Below the pieces are notes generated by a model. That model ran no database searches. It had not been told where the DNA came from and saw only the letters and a program-made list of their open reading frames with translations. A program made the position numbers and the translations under genes. Source: TPA_inf: Saccharomyces (Eukaryota). From it: a DNA stretch of 64,000 bases. Shown here piece by piece: positions 22,505 to 32,725 of the stretch (its first letter is position 1; every line of letters begins with the position of its first letter). The DNA is taken from positions 352,001-416,000 of the forward strand of contig BK006944.2 of NCBI GenBank assembly GCA_000146045.2. The letters run 5' to 3'.

Positions 22505-23215
22505 ATGACACATCCTGTAGCAGTGAAGGCATGTCTATTTGACATGGATGGTCTTCTCATCAACACAGAGGATATTTATACTGAAACTTTAAATGAAACT
22601 CTCGCAGAATTTGGTAAGGGACCTTTAACTTGGGATGTGAAGATTAAATTGCAAGGGCTTCCGGGACCGGAAGCAGGAAAAAGGGTGATCGAACACTACA
22701 AATTACCAATAACTTTAGATGAGTACGACGAAAGAAATGTTGCATTGCAATCTCTTAAATGGGGTACTTGCGAATTTCTTCCCGGTGCATTGAATTTGTT
22801 GAAATACTTAAAGTTAAAGAACATTCCTATTGCATTATGTACGTCTTCGAACAAGACTAAATTTCGCGGCAAAACAAGTCATTTAGAGGAAGGTTTTGAT
22901 CTTTTCGATACCATTGTCACTGGTGATGATCCAAGAATTGCAAAAGGTAGGGGTAAGCCTTTCCCGGACATTTGGCAGTTGGGTTTAAAGGAATTGAATG
23001 AGAAGTTTCATACCGATATTAAGCCCGATGAGTGTATAGTGTTCGAAGATGGTATTCCAGGCGTAAAATCAGCCAAGGCATTTGGTGCACACGTTATTTG
23101 GGTCCCCCATCCAGAAGCACATGCTGTTTTGGGGGACACAGAAGCTTTGTTAGCCGGTAAAGGTGAACTATTGTCTTCTTTGGAAAAACTGGAAATGTCC
23201 AAATATGGACTGTGA
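22505..23215 (+). CDS. HAD-superfamily hydrolase (pseudouridine-5'-phosphatase/GS1-like), 236 aa; consistent with YKL033W-A
   Basis: HAD motif I LFDMDGLLINTE, and later motifs including EDGIPGVKSAKAFGAHVIWVP. Confidence 0.85.
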   Translation: MTHPVAVKACLFDMDGLLINTEDIYTETLNETLAEFGKGPLTWDVKIKLQGLPGPEAGKRVIEHYKLPITLDEYDERNVALQSLKWGTCEFLPGALNLLKYLKLKNIPIALCTSSNKTKFRGKTSHLEEGFDLFDTIVTGDDPRIAKGRGKPFPDIWQLGLKELNEKFHTDIKPDECIVFEDGIPGVKSAKAFGAHVIWVPHPEAHAVLGDTEALLAGKGELLSSLEKLEMSKYGL

Positions 23216-23455
23216 ATTTCCAGTATTTACGTAAACAATATATTTGTATATTGCACTAAGTATAAAAAGGGATGATTTGTATTTGATTTATCACACTACT
23301 TTATGTGGTGAGCTCAGTTATTTTTGTATAATATACTATAGTACATGTTTGGGTTTTTATCGTTTTATTTCAATCTCATTACAATAAAATATTATAGTGA
23401 ACATGCACATCGAAAGGAAAGATTGCAATAGCTGGTGTTCAAAAGCTTTGTGCAA

Positions 23456-26400
23456 ATGAATTCAGACACGAATGCATTTAAGGACATAAGAATTTCATGT
23501 GTTGAACTTTCTAGGATCGCTTTTTTACCCACCGAATCATTTGATCCAAATTCATTAACGCTATTGGCATGTTTAAAAAAAGTTGAAGAGAAGTTATCAG
23601 CATACGAAGACGATTCACTTTCGCCAAAATTTGCAGATTATGTTTTTGTTCCTATCGCGAGTTTATTGAAACAGCCAGCTCTCGGCGAGTCTCAAACAGA
23701 ATACGTCCTACTAATTATATTTCATCTCTTACGGACATGTTGGTCATCTAATGGTAAATTCTCCGAGCAATTGGGACAACAACTGTTCCCCTTAATCACA
23801 TTTTTAGTCAGTTCTGATAAAGATAATCAAAAATTAATTACTAGATCAGACGAGTTCAAGTACGCTGGTTGTTTAGTCTTGCATCAGTTTTTCAAATCAG
23901 TAAGATCGCAAAGGTACCATAAAGAGTTCTTTTCGAACTCAAAACCTAATTTACTTCCCGCTCTAGGACATTCTGTTACCATTCTGTTGAAAATTCTGGA
24001 GCAATCGCCCCAAAATAATGAGCTTCAATTCAAAGCTTTGGCATCCTTAGAAGTACTATTTCAGGACATAATATCTGATGGTGAAATGCTTTCCTTTATT
24101 CTTCCGGGGAACGTTTCTGTTTTCGCTAAGATACTTACTAAACCAGGCCGTCAAATACATTATAAGGTGTGTGTTCGCACGCTAGAGGTTCTGGCAAAAT
24201 TATTGGTTTTGGTTTACGATGATTTTAGTTTGGATATCAAAGTAAATAAGTTAACAGATATTCGAGAGTTGAGCGATACAAAGTTAAAACACGAGATAAA
24301 TCAATCATTTATGTTTAATGGACCTATTGTTTTGTTACGCACAGATGGGAAGACGCATAGAGATACAAGTTGGTTGACGGCAACTTCTGGGCAAATCAAT
24401 ATTGCTTTGGAGGCCTTTATACCCAAACTATTAAAACGTAATAATGAATCAATTGATGAGGCATTAGCGACATTTGTATCAATCCTTTTAACTAGATGTG
24501 AAAATTCTTTAAATAATTGTGAGAAAGTGTTGGTATCCACTTTAGTACATTTGGAGCGTGATCCGATGTCCAAATTACCATCGCATTTGGTAAAATTAAA
24601 GGAAGTTGTCAATGAAGACCTGCACAAGCTAAGTGACATTATTCGGTTTGAAAATGCAGATAGGTTATCATCTTTATCATTTGCAATCACTATTCTAGAG
24701 AAAAATAACGAAAGAGATACAATGATCAATGAGGTAGTTAGATGTTTATTTGAATCGCTTAATGAATCTATTGAGCCACCAAGTTTGATCAATCATAAAG
24801 AGAGAATAATTGAACAAAGTAGTCAATTAACAACTACAGTAAATTTCGAAAACTTGGAAAGTACGAATGCTCTGATTGCTTTACCAAGATTATCAGAAGA
24901 CATGTCACTCAAACTGAAAAAATTTACATACCATATGGGTTCTTTGTTGTTAGAAAGACATATTCTCAACGATGTGGTGACAGAGTTGATTTCAGAACAA
25001 GTTGATTCACCAAGAACGCAGAAGATAGTTGCGCTGTGGTTAAGCACCAATTTTATAAAGGCTATGGAAAAGCAACCGAAGGAGGAAGAAGTCTATCTAC
25101 AATTTGAATCTGATGCCAACTATTCCTCTTCCATGGTTGAAGAAGTGTGTTTGATTGTATTGGAATTTTGCAATGAACTTTCTCAAGACATTAGCATGGA
25201 GATTGAAGGTAAAGGCATAAAAAAAAGTGATGAGTTTGCCGTATGTACAGTTTTATTCTCTATTGAAACGATTTGTGCGGTAATGAGAGAAGAATTTCAA
25301 CCAGAATTGATTGACTATATATACACAGTAGTTGACGCCTTGGCATCACCGTCCGAAGCCATTAGGTATGTGAGCCAATCCTGTGCATTGAGGATAGCAG
25401 ATACCCTATATCATGGGTCTATCCCAAACATGATCTTAAGCAACGTAGATTATCTTGTAGAATCTATTTCCTCAAGATTGAATTCTGGGATGACTGAACG
25501 AGTGAGCCAAATATTAATGGTGATTTGCCAATTGGCTGGCTATGAAACCATTGAAAATTTTAAAGATGTTATTGAAACGATATTTAAACTACTGGATTAT
25601 TATCATGGATATAGTGATCTCTGTCTTCAATTTTTCCAACTATTTAAAATCATCATTTTGGAGATGAAGAAAAAATATATCAATGATGATGAGATGATTT
25701 TGAAAATAGCTAATCAACACATTTCACAAAGTACTTTTTCGCCCTGGGGTATGACCGATTTTCAGCAAGTACTCAATATACTAGATAAAGAGACACAGGT
25801 TAAAGATGACATAACAGACGAGAACGACGTCGATTTTTTGAAGGATGATAATGAGCCCAGTAATTTTCAAGAATATTTCGACTCCAAATTAAGAGAGCCA
25901 GATAGCGACGACGATGAAGAAGAAAGAGAAGAAGAGGTGGAAGGAAGTTCTAAAGAGTATACTGACCAGTGGACCTCACCTATACCATCAGATTCATACA
26001 AAATACTATTGCAAATTTTGGGTTATGGGGAAAGATTATTAACCCATCCATCAAAACGATTAAGAGTGCAAATTCTTATTGTTATGAGGCTTATATTTCC
26101 CTTGCTATCAACACAGCATAATCTGTTGATAAGGGAGGTTGCTAGTACATGGGACTCCATCATACAGTGCGTCCTATGCTCTGATTATTCGATCGTTCAG
26201 CCCGCATGTTCATGCGTGGAGCAGATGATAAAATATTCTGGTGATTTTGTCGCCAAGAGATTCATTGAACTTTGGCAGAAACTGTGTCAGGATTCTTTTA
26301 TATTGAAAGAACTGAGGATTGATCCAACGGTGCACAACCATGAGAAAAAATCGATTAGTAAGCATGTCAAATTCCCACCAGTAACTGAAAATGCGCTAGT

Positions 26401-26572
26401 ATCGATGGTACATATGGTGCTAGAAGGGGTCAAAATTACAGAGTATTTAATTTCTGAAGCGGTACTTGAACAAATAATATATTGTTGTATTCAGGTTGTT
26501 CCAGTGGAGAAAATATCATCTATGTCATTGATAGTGGGGGATATCGTGTGGAAAATAAGAAATATAAATTAA
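23456..26572 (+). CDS. TTI1: Tel2-interacting protein 1 (TTT complex), HEAT/ARM-repeat protein of 1038 aa. The ORF has 7 extra in-frame codons upstream.
   Basis: A 1045-aa helical repeat ORF. The internal Met MNSDTNAFKD gives 1038 aa, which matches Tti1. Confidence 0.85.
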   Translation: MNSDTNAFKDIRISCVELSRIAFLPTESFDPNSLTLLACLKKVEEKLSAYEDDSLSPKFADYVFVPIASLLKQPALGESQTEYVLLIIFHLLRTCWSSNGKFSEQLGQQLFPLITFLVSSDKDNQKLITRSDEFKYAGCLVLHQFFKSVRSQRYHKEFFSNSKPNLLPALGHSVTILLKILEQSPQNNELQFKALASLEVLFQDIISDGEMLSFILPGNVSVFAKILTKPGRQIHYKVCVRTLEVLAKLLVLVYDDFSLDIKVNKLTDIRELSDTKLKHEINQSFMFNGPIVLLRTDGKTHRDTSWLTATSGQINIALEAFIPKLLKRNNESIDEALATFVSILLTRCENSLNNCEKVLVSTLVHLERDPMSKLPSHLVKLKEVVNEDLHKLSDIIRFENADRLSSLSFAITILEKNNERDTMINEVVRCLFESLNESIEPPSLINHKERIIEQSSQLTTTVNFENLESTNALIALPRLSEDMSLKLKKFTYHMGSLLLERHILNDVVTELISEQVDSPRTQKIVALWLSTNFIKAMEKQPKEEEVYLQFESDANYSSSMVEEVCLIVLEFCNELSQDISMEIEGKGIKKSDEFAVCTVLFSIETICAVMREEFQPELIDYIYTVVDALASPSEAIRYVSQSCALRIADTLYHGSIPNMILSNVDYLVESISSRLNSGMTERVSQILMVICQLAGYETIENFKDVIETIFKLLDYYHGYSDLCLQFFQLFKIIILEMKKKYINDDEMILKIANQHISQSTFSPWGMTDFQQVLNILDKETQVKDDITDENDVDFLKDDNEPSNFQEYFDSKLREPDSDDDEEEREEEVEGSSKEYTDQWTSPIPSDSYKILLQILGYGERLLTHPSKRLRVQILIVMRLIFPLLSTQHNLLIREVASTWDSIIQCVLCSDYSIVQPACSCVEQMIKYSGDFVAKRFIELWQKLCQDSFILKELRIDPTVHNHEKKSISKHVKFPPVTENALVSMVHMVLEGVKITEYLISEAVLEQIIYCCIQVVPVEKISSMSLIVGDIVWKIRNIN

Positions 26573-27184
26573 ACTTATGTGGCTAAACATATGCATTTGT
26601 ATATGGTAATACAGTGGTTTATTATTGCTCACATTGTTCACACCAGTGACTATAGTGATTACAATAAGTAATTAGACAATAAATGTTATGAGTGATCCAG
26701 AATGAGGAATGATATGTGACTTCAGAATTAGCAGGGCAGCTAAATTAAAGATCTTTTAATTCAATTTTAGCTTACGATTTATATCTATGAAAGACATGAA
26801 TTGTCACTTTGGGTAACCAATGATATCGGTGACTGCTATTTATACCTATCTCATATTATATTAAGAAGACCAGCTTTTATTCTCGGTTGGTAGTACCACT
26901 TGTCTACTAATCATCAACAATATATTCTAATAAAGTATTATGTACATATATATATATATATTACCAGCTCGGCCAGGCATTGGAAAACAGAAGAAACATT
27001 TCTCATGATTGAAATGGATAAACACGTTAATCAACAGGGACTATGTTGCAGGTGAAATATTAGCAATTAATAAGAAGGGCAATACGCATATTACAAATGA
27101 AGCGATAGAACAGACAGTGTCCAAGTAATGATAATAACCAATATATGCGAGTATTAGTATTTTCCTAAAAAAAAGCAAGATTAT

Positions 27185-27339
27185 ATACACGGAATGGAGG
27201 AGCAGTAGCTACTTTAGATTCGGAGTTCCCTTACACTTGGAGAAGTAAGTCTGCTATCCTGAAAATATCCGTTATACTAAGGGCTCCAGTAATAGCGGGC
27301 ATCTTGACAATCCTAATATCCTTAGGGTGGTGACTAGCA
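27185..27339 (+). mobile_element. Degenerate fragment of a Ty delta-type LTR (3' portion)
   Basis: ...TCGGAGTTCCCTTACACTTGGAGAAGTAAGTCTGCTATCC...CCTAATATCCTT resembles the 3' third of Ty1/Ty2 delta (GAGGATTCCTATATCCTCGAGGAGAACTTCTAGTATATC...CCTAATATTATT). It directly abuts the next element. Confidence 0.4.
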
Positions 27340-27655
27340 CTCACCTTTGTTGGAGTGAAATCGTAATATCATCTATTGACTAGTATTTATGTTATTAGTA
27401 CACATTATCCCATGCGGCGTCAAAAGATGACATGAAAACTGAGAAACAGTCATAAGACTCAATGGAAGCGCAGAATCTCGGAACTAAACTAGTTGTCCAG
27501 GTATTTACACGTTTAACTGGTTTGTCTAGGCAGGGTATCGTTTGATGTAATAAATTTTGTCTGCTTTGTAACGAGTGTTTCTGACATGTTTCAAACATAT
27601 TTTATGTGTAAGTTGATAAGTCGCCCTTGTGTATCGTACAACTATGCCACTTTAA
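27340..27655 (+). mobile_element. Solo Ty LTR (delta/tau-like, diverged) upstream of the tRNA-Val gene. The 3' boundary is uncertain.
   Basis: Starts TGTTGGAGTGAAATCGTAATATCATCTATTGACTAGTATTTATGTTATTAGTA...GTCAAAAGATGACATGAAAACTGAGAAACAGTCAT. This is alignable to the Ty1 delta 5' end TGTTGGAATAGAAATCAACTATCATCTACTAACTAGTATTTACGTTACTAGTA...GAAGATGACGCAAATGATGAGAAATAGTCAT. The 3' end is degenerate (no clean CAACA). Confidence 0.55.
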
Positions 27656-27679
27656 AATGATCAATTTTACAGATTAATA

Positions 27680-27753
27680 GGTTTCGTGGTCTAGTCGGTT
27701 ATGGCATCTGCTTAACACGCAGAACGTCCCCAGTTCGATCCTGGGCGAAATCA
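27680..27753 (+). tRNA. tV(AAC): tRNA-Val (anticodon AAC), 74 nt, no intron
   Basis: GGTTTCGTGGTCTAGTCGGTTATGGCATCTGCTTAACACGCAGAACGTCCCCAGTTCGATCCTGGGCGAAATCA. A box TGGTCTAGTCGG, anticodon loop CTTAACAC, B box AGTTCGATCC. Confidence 0.95.
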
Positions 27754-27759
27754 ATTAAT

Positions 27760-27766
27760 TTTTTTG
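27760..27766 (+). terminator. Pol III terminator T-run downstream of tRNA-Val
   Basis: TTTTTTT 7 nt after the tRNA 3' end. Confidence 0.6.
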
Positions 27767-28064
27767 GCTTCATCACGCTCGTCAGTTGAGCTCGCACAGC
27801 ATCAGAGGCAAACTTGAATTTGGCTTAAGTATATTACAAAAACAAGAAGGAGGGAAGACTACACACATGCGTATATGTATACAGGCAAATACATATAGAC
27901 TGAAGTTAGAAAAAGGGAAAGAAAAATTATTATTAAATAAAGTAAAATTTGTAGTAATAGGAAATAGAGTAGTACAATATAAAACAAATGTTGAAAAAGG
28001 AATTCCTTATTCTCGTTGTTTGCGTGGGATAATGTTACAGTGGAAAACTAAAGTTGTTTATTTG

Positions 28065-28117
28065 TTATTCATTTTTTATGATCGAACCATTTGTAGTGGG
28101 GTCAGCCAATAACATGT

Positions 28118-28148
<31 letters not shown>

Positions 28149-29858
28149 TTGGAGCGGCTGCTGCTGTAATGAAATCGGAGGAGAAACGGGCGTATTTGGG
28201 TTGGTACTGTTACTGTTGCTTCCGGTAACTGAGTCGATGGCATTTGCGGTTATGTGCTCGATACTGTCTTGGTTCTCCATGATTTTAGTGTCCATATTCA
28301 AATTCATGTTCATGGCCTTATGTGAGTGACCGGTTGGGTTACCGTTTGGATCATTTTCGTCGGGATAACAACTTTCCCATTCCTTTAATCTTTTCTTGTA
28401 AGTTTCAGTGTATTCCGCCTTTTTGGCAGGGTCTAACTCGCGCCATCTTTCACCGATTATCTTGGTAATTTCGATTAAACCTTTATCAGGATTTTCCTTG
28501 ACGACGGTAGGTCTAATCTCCTGGGTGAACTGAATAAAGGGACCAGAGGGTCTCTTTGGGGGCAAAGTCTTTTCGTAAGCATCTCTCACAACTCTGTACT
28601 TCTCCCAGTTGGTTCTGAATTCTTCGTAGAATGGTTTTTTTTGATCATCCGTTAACTCTTTCCACCTTGCAGAAGCCAATTTAGACAATTCGGGGACCTT
28701 TGCTTCAGGGAATTGTTGAAGCAACTCATTTCTTATGGACATAGAAAACAGGAAATAAGCGGAAGAAGGTCTCTTTGGGCCTTGCTTTTTCAGTTGTTTT
28801 CTTCTCTCAATTCTGCTTTGAGTGGAAGATAATTTCTTCACCACTGGATGCTGTTGTTGCTGCTGTTGCTGTTGTAGATGATGATGTTGTTGTTGAAGTT
28901 GTTGTTGTTGTTGCAACTGGTGTTGCTGTTGTAGCTGCTGCTGTTGCTGCAACTGCTGTTGTTGTTGTAATTGCAGCTGTTGCTGCATCTGCTGCTGGTG
29001 GTGAGTCAATTGAGGTTGCAGATTGGGTGGTAACAAACCAGGATGAGTAGCGGTGTTGGCATTTCCTGCAGCATTTCCTGCAGAGGAAGGGTCCAAAAGA
29101 CTAGACAGAGCGTTCATGTTGTTCGGGTAGTATCTCTGCACCTGTGGGAGCTGAGACAAGTACGAAGCCGGGCCAGCAGCATTGTTTGCGGCGGCCGCAG
29201 CAGCCGTGGCAGGGTTTAATTGGGAGGCTGCCAGCTGGGCAGGATTACTGCTAGTGCTGTTATTGCCGCTACTAACATTGTTGTTGTTACTGTTGTTGTT
29301 ACTAGACGCGCCTGTACCCGTGACAGAAGGGTTTGTCTGTTTTTGAGTTAAATGACTTAAAAAGGAGTTGTAAAACTCGGAAAATTGTTGTTGATTGATC
29401 GTCGGATAGTTTTGGCCCGATCCGGTTTGTTGCATGTAACCGAAATCCTGAGGTAGCGCGTTAACATTAACATTGTTGTTTGAATTTGAGTTCGAATTAG
29501 CATACTGTTGTTGTTGTTGTTGCTGTTGTTGTTGTTGCGACTGCGAAGTAGGTTGCGTCAAAGATTGTGGAGGTAGTGGATAATAAACATTTTGCTGTTG
29601 TTGTTGAGGCGACTGCTGGAAGTGACCTTGATAAGGCGCTTGTTGTTGTTGCTGTTGTTGCTGCTGCTGCTGCTGTTGTTGTTGTTGAGGCTGGGCTTGA
29701 AACTGGTTCAAGTATTGGTGAGGTGTCTGGTGAGAAGCATCTCTGTACTGGGAGTCGTTGTGTTCGAGACCCTGATACTGCAGCGAATGGTCTTGGCCTA
29801 TGTTGAGTAAGTTGGAGTTAGAGGCGTCGTCCTGTTTGGGCGAGATACCGGTGTTCAT
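28065..29858 (-). CDS. IXR1: HMG-box DNA-binding protein Ixr1 with multiple polyglutamine tracts (597 aa). The open frame continues 85 codons upstream, to 30113.
   Basis: MNTGISPKQDDASNSNLLNIGQDHSLQYQ... with two HMG boxes (KRPSSAYFLFSMSIRNELLQQFPEAK...; KRPSGPFIQFTQEIRPTVVKENPDKG...) and long Q runs. Confidence 0.9.
28849..29003. repeat. CAG/CAA (Gln) trinucleotide repeat array inside IXR1. Further arrays lie at about 28116-28166, 29505-29541 and 29641-29688.
   Basis: The + strand reads (TTG/CTG)n almost uninterrupted for about 150 bp. It encodes QQQMQQQLQLQQQQQLQQQQQLQQQHQLQQQQQLQQQHHHLQQQQQQQQ. Confidence 0.95.
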
Positions 29859-30514
29859 TGCAGTTGTGGGTACTGTTAGCGTCGTACGTATATCACAGAA
29901 TGGATAGAAGAAGGGGATATAGTTGTGGTCTTGCCTTGACTTGCGTTGCCTTGCCTTGTCTGTGTGTAATAGAGTTCTTTGTGGGATATCAGAGCGAATA
30001 AACTTCAGCGTCACAGTCTCGGTAGCAGTAGCTGTTAGGCAGTGACCTAGCAGTAGAGGAAACAGAATACAATGCAGTACGATTACGGTACAGAGGATAA
30101 CGAAGTAAACCACATTTACAGCGAGAACGAGAGACAGAAGGAGAGAGAGAACGAATGCGCCGGGCCGTGTCTATACTTGGCTCCACCAGCTGATGTGTGC
30201 ATTTTTTTTTTGTTCCCATTCGTTCTCTCACCAAGGGGAGGTGGAAAAGAAAAGAAGAAAAAGAAAGTAAGGAAGGTCCGCTGCGCCTCTCCTTTGCTGC
30301 TGTTGCATCCGGACATCACACCCAACACAAAACCCCGCGCGGCCGTCGTCAGTAACCGTTCCACCCATTCCTCCACGGTATGTAGATCGCTAAGCACGAT
30401 GTGTATGTTTTATGGATATGTGCCGATTTTTTCCGCATTTGGTATCATATTTTGTTTTGATAATTACCGTTCTTGTTATTGCTAGTTGCTTGGGTTAATG
30501 TTCTTGTGCTATTG

Positions 30515-30560
30515 TTGCTGTTGTTATTGTTTTTATTATTGTATTATTGTATTATTATTA

Positions 30561-30596
<36 letters not shown>

Positions 30597-30597
30597 G
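30515..30597. repeat. Compound microsatellite (TTG/TTA)n followed by about 14 x ATT, in the IXR1 upstream / MAE1 downstream spacer
   Basis: ttgttgctgttgttattgtttttattattgtattattgtattattattatattattattattattattattattattattattacgg. Confidence 0.95.
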
Positions 30598-30715
30598 GTA
30601 TGTCAAGTATTATTTTTTTTTTAAAAATAAAGAAAAAAATTGTACAAATATATATATTTATATATTACTCTATATGGTTTTTTTTTTTTAAGTGCAGGCG
30701 TTGGTTATGCTTCGT

Positions 30716-32725
30716 CTACAATTGGTTGGTGTGCACCGATGGGTCATGTTGGACCTTGATCATAGGTCTGTACACAGGCTCCCACATTTGGGCTTTGACC
30801 CACTGTAAACATTCGTCAAAGTCACGAGGAACCTTGACAGTTTCGCCGGGAGCTCCTCCCGGTACTTGTTCTTGCTCGATACGGGCGGTTCCCTCCTCGA
30901 GTGCTTGCAAGATCACAGCGGTAGCTAGACGCGCAGAAGTGTTGGTGATGGTGTCCAGGCCGGGTAGCAACCCAGGTCTCGAGTCGCCCTCTCTTAGTGG
31001 CGACAATTCGGCTAGTTGGTCCACTGCAGCGGAGATCATCTTGTCTGTGATGGTGGTGGCACGCGATAGTACGGCACCTAAACCGATACCTGGGAAAGAG
31101 TAACAATTGTTGTTCTCCGAGATACGGTAACCATCAACAGGTGGGAAAGGAGATCCGGTAGCTACAAGAGCGTTGTTGTTGGTCCACTTCATTAAATCGG
31201 CAGGAACGGCTTCGTGTAGTCTAGTAGGGTTGGATAATGGGAAAATGATCGGTCTAGGATTGTGCTTGTGCATTTCTTCTACGACATCTTGAGTGAATGC
31301 GCCTGCTTGTGTGGAGCAGCCAACCAAACACGTTGGTTTGACGTTCTCCACCACATCATGTAAAGAGCGGGTGTTGATACCAGCCCATTCCGCATCACTC
31401 TTAGCGTATACGTGTTGGGCGGGAGTGGAGTTAGCCTCGTAAGATTGTAGAATTAACCCACGTCTGTCCATCAAGAAGATTTTCTTGCGCGCTTCTTCCT
31501 TGTCAACGCCGTGCGTGACCATATGATTCACAATTTGATCTGCGATACCGAGGCCCGCAGACCCGGCACCGTAAATAAGCACTCTGGTGTCTTTCAAGTC
31601 TCTGTTGGTATGTTTCAAAGCAGCAATCAACGAGGCCATCACGACGGCACCGGTGCCCTGAATGTCATCGTTGAATGATGGCAATTCGTACCTGTACTTT
31701 TCTAGTAATCTTCTAGCGTTCTTAACACCGAAATCTTCGAAATGCAGAACGGCGCTTGGATACACTTTCTTAACGGCCTTGATGAATTTTTCCAAGAAGT
31801 CGTCATATTGCTTACCCCTGATTCTGGAGAACTTGTTACCCATGTACAATTCGTCACGGGCTAGTTTCTTGTTGTTAGTACCGACGTCCAAACACACAGG
31901 TAGCACACGGCCGGGATGAATACCACCGCACAGCGTCATCAATGCCAATTTGGAGATAGCAATACGTACACCACCGATACCTTGGTCACCAATTCCCAGA
32001 ATACCTTCCGAATCCGACACAACGATGTAGTCTACATCTTTGTCTCCACCGTATGTAGCCAATCTACATTCGATGGAATCAGGTTCGGTAATGTCTAAAA
32101 ACACACCTTCTGGCTTTCTGAACCTGTGGGAATAGGCAGCAATAGCATCACCTTCGGTTGGGGTGTAAATGATAGGAACTAATTCCTTGATATGTCTCCT
32201 TATTAATGCAAAATATAGGACTTTGTTCTGTACTCTCAAAGACGTCATGAAGTCGTTTTTGGCCAAGGGCGTCTTCAAATAGCATAACTGCTTGTAGCTT
32301 CTTTCCAGTTGTTCGTCCAAAGTGTTCACTTGTGGTGGTAGCAATGCTTCTAAATTAAACGCTTCCCTTTCTTCTTGTGTAAATGCAGAACCCTTGTTAA
32401 ATAAAGGAGAGTTTAAAAGTTGAAAGCTCTCCAAGGGACATTCTATGGCACCTTCTACAGTCAAACGAGTGGCATGTGGGTGAGGAGCTTCGAAGATCTT
32501 TCTGGCGCGAGAACCGACGGGTGTTTTAGTGACCTCCTCGTCGCTGTATGGCTTTTGGAAAGTATTTTCTCTTGTTGTGGTAGCTTTATGCGATCTAGTG
32601 TTAGAAGAATATAAACGCGATTGCTGAATAGGCCATCTTCTTAATGGTGCTGTCCTTGATGCTGTCAAGGATCTGGTTAGTTGCGATCTAGCAGCAACGG
32701 AAACGGATAGTCTGGTTCTAAGCAT
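30716..32725 (-). CDS. MAE1: Mitochondrial NAD(P)-dependent malic enzyme (669 aa). The ORF has 13 extra in-frame codons upstream.
   Basis: MLRTRLSVSVAARSQLTRSLTASRTAPLRRW presequence, then malic enzyme domains (IYTPTEGDAIAAYSH, VVSDSEGILGIGDQG, GAGSAGLGIADQI). Confidence 0.93.
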   Translation of the reverse strand: MLRTRLSVSVAARSQLTRSLTASRTAPLRRWPIQQSRLYSSNTRSHKATTTRENTFQKPYSDEEVTKTPVGSRARKIFEAPHPHATRLTVEGAIECPLESFQLLNSPLFNKGSAFTQEEREAFNLEALLPPQVNTLDEQLERSYKQLCYLKTPLAKNDFMTSLRVQNKVLYFALIRRHIKELVPIIYTPTEGDAIAAYSHRFRKPEGVFLDITEPDSIECRLATYGGDKDVDYIVVSDSEGILGIGDQGIGGVRIAISKLALMTLCGGIHPGRVLPVCLDVGTNNKKLARDELYMGNKFSRIRGKQYDDFLEKFIKAVKKVYPSAVLHFEDFGVKNARRLLEKYRYELPSFNDDIQGTGAVVMASLIAALKHTNRDLKDTRVLIYGAGSAGLGIADQIVNHMVTHGVDKEEARKKIFLMDRRGLILQSYEANSTPAQHVYAKSDAEWAGINTRSLHDVVENVKPTCLVGCSTQAGAFTQDVVEEMHKHNPRPIIFPLSNPTRLHEAVPADLMKWTNNNALVATGSPFPPVDGYRISENNNCYSFPGIGLGAVLSRATTITDKMISAAVDQLAELSPLREGDSRPGLLPGLDTITNTSARLATAVILQALEEGTARIEQEQVPGGAPGETVKVPRDFDECLQWVKAQMWEPVYRPMIKVQHDPSVHTNQL

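Noticed and set aside
23216-23435. Possible additional tRNA or snoRNA genes in AT-rich intergenic regions
   Set aside because: Only one convincing A-box/B-box pair (the tRNA-Val) was found by eye. No C/D or H/ACA box arrangement could be supported without a covariance-model search.
28054-28329. ORFs encoding poly-Cys (28054..28329) and poly-Leu / poly-Ala-Val (29567..29810, 28775..29050) on the + strand
   Set aside because: These are antisense or frame-shifted readings of the IXR1 CAG/CAA repeat arrays. They are low-complexity artefacts fully contained in a well-supported gene on the other strand.
30072-31103. ORFs 30072..30485 (137 aa) and 30486..31103 (205 aa, poly-Tyr/poly-Leu), probably the dubious YKL031W/YKL030W
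   Set aside because: They are driven by microsatellite and T-tract sequence, with extreme low complexity (YYYYYYYYYYYY, LLLLLLL). The second overlaps the MAE1 3' end antisense. No domain is present. I treat them as non-genes.
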